A DNA stretch of 57,610 nucleotides from assembly GCA_032718475.1 (NCBI GenBank), contig JAUCBJ010004502.1, positions 1 to 57,610 on the forward strand, read 5' to 3'. The notes below the pieces were generated by a model, which made no database searches, was not told the origin of the DNA, and saw only the letters and a program-made list of their open reading frames with translations. The DNA comes from Nemertoderma westbladi. Lineage: Eukaryota; Animalia; Xenacoelomorpha. Position numbers and translations under genes: made by a program. Position 1 is the first letter of the stretch; each line of letters begins with the position of its first letter. Positions 46,616-56,464 of this stretch are shown in pieces.

Positions 46616-46803
46616 TGTAACGCCTCGTCGATGGCTAGATACGCGATGTCGTAAAACAGTTCCTCGTAGGTATTGTACTCAGCTTGGACCACCCGAATAG
46701 TAATCCTGAATCGTCCAACGTTCGTTCCTTGTACCTCAACTTCGACGTGCCAGATTCCTGGCTCAACTTGAATTATATCAATGGGTGTGATCGATACTTC
46801 CAT
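46612..46803 (-). CDS. small upstream ORF (63 aa) overlapping the gag start by ATGA
   Basis: ATG start, protein-like amphipathic pattern, stop overlaps the gag ATG at 46612-46615. Confidence 0.4.
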   Translation of the reverse strand: MEVSITPIDIIQVEPGIWHVEVEVQGTNVGRFRITIRVVQAEYNTYEELFYDIAYLAIDEALQ

Positions 46804-47009
46804 TCCCTGTTAACAACTCTCCAAATATGTGATCTGCCGACTACGAGTTGGTTAGATCGAGTTTGTTGCTTAATTAAACCACGACTTTGTCTCAACTCAA
46901 ATACCAGAGTTTCCTCGTAGTGGGTGCTGGCAAGCACGTAGAGAGTTTTTGAAGAGTATTGAAGGATTCTCAACTTCCACCAGTTGAAGTTGACCGTAAT
47001 TATCCTTAA

Positions 47010-48561
47010 CCCTATTAAACCCGGGGGGGGTCAATATGACCCCCCCCCGTGGTTTTTTTATTATAATTCTGAAACAAACGCAGTTGGGAATCTGAAATTT
47101 TATGACTTTTCCTAAAAATCTATTGTCTTCCTAGTAGTGAAAACCGTTTTCAAAAATATTGGGTAGTTTTCGAGTTATAGCACCATTTTTTAACCCTACT
47201 TTTGCCACTTTTTTTGAGACGTTTTTTGAAAATTACATTTCATTAAATATGAATTCTAACATCTCTTTTATTGATTTACACCGGTTTTTTGGTGTTAGAA
47301 ATTGGATGGAATTCATATAAATTGATTTAGAAATTTCAAACTTGTTTTTTCGGCGGGTGCCAATTTTTGGTGCCAGCACCAAATTTTAAAATATGTCAAT
47401 TTTGTAAATTGATTGTGTGAAACTTGTTTTTTACGCAATTGGGGTTTTTTGGGGTTCTGGTTTCGATGAAATATATACGAGTTGCACCAAGCGTATCAAA
47501 CTTGTATTTTTCGGTGGTGGGTGCAAATTTTGGTGCTAGCACAAAATTTTGAAAATCCATTCAATTGATAAAATTGTTTGTGACAATTTATTTCTTGCGT
47601 TTTAGAGGTTTATGGCTATTCTGAATTGAATGGAATATATAATTTTCGATCTAGGCATCTCAAACTTGTATTTTTCGGAAGTGGGTGCAAAATGTGGTGC
47701 TAGCACCAAATTTTGAAAACCATCAAATATATAAATTGATTGTGTCACCTTGTTTCTTGCGTTATACGGGTTTGTGAGGGTTCTGAATTCAATGGAATCA
47801 GTAAAAATTTCATGAGAGTTTTCAAACTTGTATTTTTCGCCGGTGGGTGAAAATTGTTGTGCCAGCACCAAATTTTGGAAAATAAGCAAATTGATCAGTA
47901 GATAGTATCATCTTGTTTATTGCGTTATACGGGTTTATGAGGGTCCTGAATCCGATGGAATCAATAAAAACAGCACTGGACATCGCAAACTTGTACTTTT
48001 TGGTGATGGGTACGAAATTTGGTCCTAGCACCAAAATTTGCCAAATTACGTCGAAAAATACAAGTAGCAATGATCTGGCATATTTGAAATGTATTCCATT
48101 AGAATCAGCGCCCTAGAAAACCTGAAAATGTGAATTTATAGCATCGCATAAGTGAATTAAAAATTTTGTGTTCTAACTGAAAAGTGCTGGTAACTTGTTT
48201 TTTTCATTTTTTTCCTACGCAGAGAGGACTAAACAGCCATTTATGGTAATCATATCATTTTTAAATATCTTCCAATGTATTTTGCGCCCCAGAAAACCTG
48301 TATTGAAAAACAATTAGACGAAAAATGTCAGCTTCAAATTTTCTGAAAATTGTGCACTACTTGTAATTTTGGTGCTGCAATATAACCACCCCAGTAAATT
48401 TTTTCGAAAATTTTTTTTTTCGGTCGGATCCTGACTAGTGATACCTACGTACAAACAAAAAATCAGACGTTTTCGTAAAAATTTGTAGATTTTAGAGGGG
48501 GGGGTCAATATGACCCCTCCCCGGTATTTGTACAACATTTTATAGCCCGGTACTAATAGGG
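47010..48561 (+). mobile_element. piggyBac-like MITE, copy 2, inserted in the 5' leader of element B
   Basis: TTAA at 47006-47009 and 48562-48565; CCCTATTA...TAATAGGG termini; inverted copy of 17341-18888. Confidence 0.93.
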
Positions 48562-48610
48562 TTAATTTTGACACCCTGTCAAAATTAACCGCATGAATTA
48601 TTCTTAATTT

Positions 48611-50213
48611 TGTTGCCGTTATCCCTACACCAGGGGGGAAAAACGCCGATGCTGGAGACGTGACTTAACAGACCACCGAGCCCCGGCCAGTCACCGGATA
48701 TTGATTGTGGGGAGGGAATATTTTCTGAGATGCAAGTTTGTGGTTGATAAAAAGCTGCATTAGTTGGATATACTCTTTAATGTAACTTCCTATAGTTGAA
48801 ACCCGTTCAACATCATTGAAACTTGATTAAGAATAATTTTGGGCTTCCCCAAATCAATATACACCAAATATTCACAATAATTATACGCGATAATATAAAT
48901 CCCTACAGTATATTATTTAATTACCCACTGTTCGCTCAGAATTTTAGCCTACCTAATGTTCCCCAGATTTTCCCTCGGTCCCAGTCTTAGTGCCATAGTG
49001 TCGGTGTCGGTCGACCCTGTCGCGTGTCCGTTCCACCCCTCACGAACCCCGAAGGGAACGATCATCGAGAACCAGCCCGGCTTGGCTAAGGGTCGGTCCA
49101 GTCGGTAGACTCTGTCGCGTATCCGTACCACCCCTCTCGAACCCCGAAGGGTTCGGTCATCGAGAACCAGTACGGCTTGGCTAGGAGTCTGTCGTGTCGG
49201 TGGACCCGTTCGCGTGTCCGTTCCACCCCTCACGAACCCCGAAGGGTTCGATCATCGAGAACCAGAACGGCTTGGCTAGGGGTCCGTCGGTTCATCACAG
49301 AAACCCAACCACCTAGGCTTTCCGAGTCCGTTTCAGGCTCGTAGTCGCTTTGGCAGCCGAGAAACTGCTCCGAACAGTCGGTAGGCCAGTAGAGTCTAGT
49401 CGAGTCTAGTCCTTTGTCTTTCGACCCCATCGCGTGTCCGTTCCACCCCTCACGAACCCCGAAGGGAACGATCATCGAGAACCAGTACGGCTTGGCTAAG
49501 GGGTCTGTCGTCGGTTCCTGTCGCAAATCCCAGTACAAGCAGTCAGCGTTCCGAGTTCTTTTCAGTCTCGTAGTAGCTGCCGTTGACCAGAGACCGCTAA
49601 GGGCAGTTCTCGTCAAACCCGTCCTGTGGCCAGCCCTTTTGCATGTCCGTCCCACCCCTCGCGAACCCCGAAGGGATCGGTCATCGAGAACCAGTACGGC
49701 TTAGGTCAGGGGGCAGTCGTTAGTTGGCCACCCGTTCGCGTGTCCGCTCCACCCCTCACGAACCCCGGGGTTCGATCATCGAGAACCAGAACGGCTTGGC
49801 TACTAAGGGGCCGTCGGTGCCCGTCGCAAATCCCTGACACAAGCAGTCAGTTCTTTTCAGTCTCGTAATGGCTGCTGTTGGCCAGGGAGTGCTAAGGGCA
49901 GTCCTTGTCCTTTAGGCCTGGCGCATTACCAAATCCACCCCTACAGGCAGCAGGAAGTTGGCCAGGGCCTAATAGTACTCAGGCTAACCTGAATACTGCT
50001 TGCATTTTCCATCCCCCCCCTGGCCCTTATAACTATGAAATTATTCCCGTACCCTGTAAGTTGCCCCAAAGTTCGCCCATAAATCGCCCCCAGTTTATTG
50101 AATGTGCCCAAAACCCCTGGTCCCGCACCCAGTAGTAATATCGGAATAATCAATTTTAAATAAAATACAAAAATATTCAACTCGCGTTATGGAAAGTTGA
50201 AATACCGCGAACA
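48611..50213 (-). repeat. 5' LTR of element B (1603 bp)
   Basis: Direct repeat of 34288-35817, followed by the TSD GTAAC. Confidence 0.97.
49012..49875 (-). ncRNA. complete six-unit hairpin array in the 5' LTR
   Basis: Unit cores start at 49021, 49116, 49211, 49431, ~49640 and 49737 (plus coordinates). Confidence 0.6.
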
Positions 50214-50218
50214 GTAAC

Positions 50219-52946
50219 CTACTAGGTCCAGTGCCGGATCAATCCTTAGAGGACCATAAGTATTTCAGACACCTTGGTGTACCTGAATGTCCTGTCAATT
50301 ATAGATTAGTAGCAATGCTGATCGGGACAGATCAATTCAATTTACATCAAGTGTGGGAAACCAGACCATCGGTAGTCGTAGCGGGAAACGCATACGCCTG
50401 TAGAACGCCGATAGGGTGGTATACTCGAGCGCCTGTGCGCACACTAGATATAAGTGACGAAGAGGATGATGTACAAAGTACATGTAGTTTATTAACTACA
50501 ATTTCAATTCATTCCTTTTCACATGACAAGGACCATACTACCTTACGTACAAAACACAACAAAGTGACAAGTACGACTTGTGTAGCGAATACAATAAAAG
50601 CAAAGAAAAGGACGACGGCTAAACTCAAGAAAAAACCAAAGGCGAAATGGAAAGATATAACTTCCAAAGTCAAGAAGGGAAGACTTGCTAGCCTTTCTAC
50701 TCCACACATATTGCCAGACGGTCAACCAGACACGTTACTAGACAGTCAACCAGACGTTTTGCCAGACATGTCACTAGATATTTCCGCCGGATGTTCCGCG
50801 AAACATTTTGCCAGACATGTCACAAAATGTTCAACAAGACACTAGTAACATATTGACACAAGCGAAAGCCGCAGTTTCTCTATTGGAGCGGCCTTCTATT
50901 GACAAACAACCAGACGCGTTAATAGACGGTCAACTAGACATTTTGTCAGACACCTCACGAAATGTTCTACCAGACACTAGTAACACATTGACAAATAATA
51001 AAGCCGCAGTTTCTCTATTGGAGCGGCCTTGTATTGACAAACAACCAAACTTGACACTCTTGAGTAATCATAAGCACAGTGAAACCTCATGTATTACAGA
51101 TGTGGGTAGTACCTATATAAATGTAAATACAGGTGTTACTTTGCGCTCAAGAGACATACCAAACTTGCAACCTACGGTGAGACCTGGGATTAATATTGGC
51201 AGAAAAATAATTTTACCGAAACCCAGTGACCCCATAGAGTTCAAACCACCATTAACGATCGACTTACAAAGTACCGACAATCAAGGTAAGAAGACGAAGA
51301 AGGACAAATTACTCGTGGACCCGGACGGATCAACAGTCAACAAGGGAATACCTACCGGCGGACTCGTGGGCCCATCTAGTAAAACAAAACCTTCCAAACT
51401 CACCATTGACTTACCTGATGACGTCATAAATACTTACGTCGACCGCATTGTAAACCTGACAGATTCTTGGACGAGCGCTTGCCAAAAATTAGCGTGGATT
51501 ATACGTTTTGTACAATACGTTAAAGGCAAACGCGACTTTACACGCCGACTTACATTGACTGAGATTGACAGATGTGAAATTAAATTAATTCGCCATTATC
51601 AATTACGATATTTCGCACGCGAATTCACATCTATAAGTCAAGGTCAACCAATCAAGTCGTCACCAATATTGAGTTGGAGTCCGATAATTTATAATGGCTT
51701 AATTTGTCATAAATCTCGGCTTCAAAACATTGACCTTAATACTGATTTTAGGTACCCAATAATAATACCGCAACATCACGAATTACAACGTGCAATGATA
51801 CTGGACGCACATTTACATTTGAAACACGCTGGAAGACACCACTGTCTTTGCTACTTACGTACTAGATTTGTAATAATTAGACCCAGTAAAGCGTTAAGTT
51901 CAGTGACGCGTACGTGTATTATTTGTAAAAAGGTACACTCTAGAATAGGTACCCAAGAAATGAGTGAACTTCCACAAGCACGACTTCAAGCATTCAGACC
52001 ACCTTTTACAGAGACTGGAACTGATTGCTTTGGTCCCATACATACGAAACGTGGACGTATACTAGTAAAACGCTGGGGACTGATTTTCACATGTATGTCC
52101 AGTAGGGCAGTTCATATTGAACACGTGATGGATCTTTCCACCAACGCATTCATACTAGCATTGCGGCGATTTATCGCTAGACGCGGACTAGTAAAATGCT
52201 TGTACTCAGACCAAGGTACAAACTTTGTTGGTGCTCGAAATGAAATTGCTAGAGCCTTTAAGAAATTAGATCATGATCAAATCTCAAACGAACTACGTCC
52301 TTACAAGATTGTTTGGAAGTTTAATCCTCCAGACAGTCCATGGAGAGGCGGAGTCTGGGAGAGACTGATAAGATATATCAAAACGGCCATGGCAAAGGTC
52401 ATTCCAGTAAACCACATCTTGACAGACGACCAATTGACTACATTGTTTGTTGAAATCGAGGCGATACTAAATACTAGACCAATAGTATTAGTACCCGATG
52501 ACAAACAATCCCAATTTGCTTTAACACCAGCACACCTGCTAAAGCAGGCACCGACTACTTTGACGCCTATTTCTATTCCAATAGAAGGCGATAGCTACGG
52601 TAGAAAAGCGTGGAAAATCACGCAACTACTAGCTAACAAATTCTGGGAAATATGGCAAAACCATTAGTTGCCCTCTATTCCTGCCAGAACAACCTGGTAC
52701 AACAATACTCGCGCTTTAAAGCCAGGAGATCACGTGCTGTTAGCGGAAGTGAATCTAAAAAGACGCTTCTGGATAACAGGTGTAATTTTAGCCACACATC
52801 CATCTATGGATGGAGTGACAAGAACCGTGACGGTATGGACAATTGACGGTCGTACAGTAGACAGACCGACTCAACGTCTCGTACTTCTTGAAGAGACTCG
52901 AAACGAGTCTGGAGACTACAAATCTCCAACTAGTGTTAGTAAATAA
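50219..52946 (+). pseudogene. protease C-part, low-complexity linker and integrase of element C
   Basis: MLIGTD...TPIGW protease end; ~300-aa linker with one frameshift (~50810); HLHLKH...CIIC, GTDCFGP, YSDQGTNF, GVWERL; one TAG at 52665. Confidence 0.9.
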
Positions 52947-53317
52947 TTAGGAGTTTACAAATAGATTTCCACGTACCTGTACACTGTAGTAAAGACAGCG
53001 GTAGAATTCCATTGTCTTTATATGTGAACATTGAGGGTAGTACCCTTATGTGTCACATAGGAGCAGGATTTGTAGGTATAAGAAATGGAATTCTACTTGG
53101 AACTCACAATACTGAGACATTTTTGAAATTTTAGACAATCCATTTGGATTTGAAAATTTTTTAAAATATTCTCCTGATGAATTATTTCACTATAAGGTAG
53201 CATTTGTAGTTTAACTTTAACGTAAAAACTTTGAAAATCCGACGTATTTTGATTAAGTTACAGTAATGTAATATGCCTATTTATATTTGTACACATAAAA
53301 CCCTTAGGTACTCTCGT

Positions 53318-53398
53318 GGCGTAGTGGTCAGATGGTTAAGGCGTTGGATACATTACGTAGGTTACGAGTTCGAATCCCAGTCGGGAAATTTGTATTTT
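53318..53398 (+). promoter_or_regulatory. tRNA-derived Pol III module at the head of element D
   Basis: A box TGGTCAGATGG (53325-53335), GGTTAAGGCGTTGGA, B box AGTTCGAATCC (53367-53377); homologous to 26717-26800. Confidence 0.65.
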
Positions 53399-53434
53399 GG
53401 GGCCATTTATTTTCATGTGGTGCTAATTGGTAGG

Positions 53435-53700
53435 CCAATGAGAAGCGTACAACGTAGCGAATAATGAGCCAGGCCAATCATAGGGCATAAATTACCTTAT
53501 TGCTCAAATGTGAGGCAGTGGAAAATTCTGTTAGGATTCCATGTCCCAGATTAGTGTAAGGGCCGGACTGCGTTGAACGATGAGCTGGGCCAATCATAGA
53601 GCACGAAGCACTTCATTGCTCAATTGTGAAGCTGTGGAAAATCCTGTTTAGATTCCATGTGCAATTTCTAGTATAAAAGGCCGGTTTGCCTTCGGTTATC
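53435..53700 (+). promoter_or_regulatory. Pol II promoter-like region of element D
   Basis: Three GGCCAAT boxes, a ~116-bp tandem duplication, TATAAAAGG at 53672. Confidence 0.55.
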
Positions 53701-56464
53701 ATGTTACATACCTGACATGTCGTTGTTATTCAGGTCGTCATTGTTTATTTTGTAAAATTAGTTAATTCGGTTTCTTGTTGAAACTTTATTTGATAAATCC
53801 TTTTGTAAAACTGTAAATATACTGCAATTTCCTGACATGTTTTCCTTTGGTCCGACTTCGGGACAGCCGAACACCAGGGAGATGGCAGCCTAGATCGTTA
53901 GGCCGTAAGCAACGCAGGGAAGGGATGTCCACAACACGCTAGCGCCCACATTGGATTGACCGCGCACCCCCTTTGCCCCTTCGAAATGCTCAACTTGCTA
54001 TGCAGCGCCCGCTTTGTGAGAAGGTAAGACTTTGTTCGATGCCCTTGCCCGCCGTAAGACCTATAGATCAGGGTAAGCGTGACACCGTACTGGACGCCGC
54101 AAATTTAGGATCAAATAATTATATCCAGACAACCCCCCCCCCCTTTGTCAAGTCCTACGAATCCCTGGGTTAACCTGTACTTCCTACAGGTGCGAACTAT
54201 TGCCATTCGTCAGTACGCGAGTACATATTAGGTACGGACAGCATATGTTCCATAATTTAGTGAGTCGTAGCACTGACTGTTTGGTACCGGTTCGCTTTGT
54301 AGAACGTACATTAGTACCCCCCCCCCCCCCCCCCCTCCTGTCTGGAGTTAGCTATTTGATCAGGCAAGGAGCATTTCTGCTACCGGCACACTGCTTGGCC
54401 TAGGGAGGTTTATTAATATCCTACCGCGCCTTGCCACGTACTGATAGGTATTGCTGCTAACTACCGCAGCAACAAAGTTCTAGAATTAAATTAGTATACC
54501 AGATCAGCTAACGTACGGTAGCAATTAAACCCTATTCTTATCTTACAACCAGAATCTGGTATTAGTGCCGATCACGGGTGTAGTTACTAACACTGTGGTT
54601 GCCCATTGGGTTGTGGATAGGAAGGAGAGAGCTTTGACGTCATTCGTGAGTATAAAGTTCTACAAACGCGACTAGTTTATTTTAGTAGCTAGCGCACGGT
54701 ATCACTTAGTCAGAAAATCACTAAAACCTAGTAAAAGGAATTACACGAAATTGTTTTATTTGTAACACACCCACACACACACGCCCTAAAACATATCGCC
54801 CTTAAAGTTCTACTAGCTATAGCGTACTATACATTACTTTAGGTGGAAATTATCTGTATTTGTACAATTAGGATCTGATTTAGTTGCGGCAAGATAAGGA
54901 GTATTTCATTTTCGTTATTAAACTGTTGTTTGTCTGGACAACGGTATTGTTACATTTAGGCCTGACCTTTTAGACTGATTTCGTACAGGGGGATCAGTTA
55001 TTGTTACATTTAGGCACGACCTTTAGGCTGATTTCGACAGGGATGATCAGCATTGTTACACTAGGTCTGTTAACCACCTAGTTCGTATATAAACCATATA
55101 AATCACACCGTGGCAAGTTACTGTATTTAGGACTGTCAGTGATAGTTAGGATTCGCTGCGCGGGGATTGTTTTCCCGTGAGTTTGGTCTGTTACTGTAAC
55201 TGTACATCTGCCTCACCGGTTAGAGGACAGGTATCCTTCTGTCTAGTACGTAGGCATTCGACCCGCTCACGTACATAGAATAGATACAAGGCTCTGTTCC
55301 TCGCCAGTAGTCGTTTGTGTACTGTATCTGTTTGTTTAGATATCCTGGACTGGGATTTGTTGTCAGATACTGTACAAGCCCGTATACATTACTAGAGTCT
55401 CATAGTAAGATACATCGTTACTAGGATCTGGTAAGCGGTATACTACTGGACCCTTACAGTAGGAAGTATATTATACAAATTCTGAAATTAGTGTATAGTA
55501 CTTCTATCGTAGTGTAAATATTCCTACCTTACAGTAGGAAGTATTTATATAAATTAGTATATAGTATTTCCGCCGTAGCGTATAGTATAGTTTAGAATTG
55601 TTAGCTATTGAAAGTAGGAGATATTTAAATCTAAGGTTAGTAAATTTGGTAATTTAGAACGTCCCCTGCTTCAGTAGGCTTTTAGGGTAGCTAGTACTTT
55701 CGTATTTAATCTTTGACTAGCTAACAGTTAGTTTGTAGCACTTTGTTTTACGCCGTGTGTGTGCGGTGTTACTTTTCGGTACTTGAAAAGGTACATAGGG
55801 TTTAAAGACCAATTTGTATCGGTACCTAGGAAGATTTTTCGTAAGCGTAGAAGTAAAACTCTCACCTTCGACCTTTTCAGGACTCAAGGACTCATTTCTG
55901 GACCGCTTCGAGGATTAGACCGCTTTTCGCAAAGTTTGGGAGACAATAAATTCGTCCGCGCCGCCGAAAAACGGAAAGACCCACGTCCGGTTTGTATTTG
56001 GGAATTTGTACGACTGGAAGATCAAAGGAACGTAAGTTTTACGACTCGTGTCGTTCAAACTTAAGAAAGCACAGTAGTACTCAAAATTTGTGGGTTTCAC
56101 TGTCTATTTAGTAGTGTTGTTGGTACATATTTTCCCTTTAGACGTTGCTGTTTGGCCTATTGTTTGTACTTGTTGATCTACATTTTGTTAACGTATACCG
56201 TTATCTCACTTATTCGTACAAATTTAGCCGGTAGGCTAGATTACTACTTATTTTATTATATACTTTGTTAGTTTATTTGTACATATATCAAGGTAAGTTT
56301 GACATTTGTACATTTCGACATTTTGACATTTCGACATTCTGACTTGTTGATTTATTTGTACCGGTTAGGGTATATATGTATTATATATACCAAGGTAAGT
56401 TTGACACTTCAACATTCAGACACTTTGACATTTTATTACCCGTACTTGACGTATATAATATGAC

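Larger units (their letters stand above)
34288..50213 (-). mobile_element. Element B: full-length BEL/Pao LTR retrotransposon with a third ORF
   Basis: Two near-identical TGTT...AACA LTRs; TSD GTAAC at 34283-34287 and 50214-50218; minus-strand PPT; gag-PR, RT-RH-IN and ORF3. Confidence 0.97.
26700..53190 (+). mobile_element. Element C: BEL/Pao-derived gag-protease-integrase element lacking RT/RNaseH; hosts insertions 31388-32569 and 34288-50213
   Basis: The protease reading frame continues across the GTAAC TSD. Leader and gag are homologous to element D; the 3' end is homologous to element E. No 3' LTR found; boundaries approximate. Confidence 0.8.

Noticed and set aside
49012-49875. Repeat-spacer pattern resembling a CRISPR array
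   Set aside because: Eukaryotic LTR context, no cas genes, repeats of ~70-85 nt, and the spacers are mutually related and partly form the basal stems.
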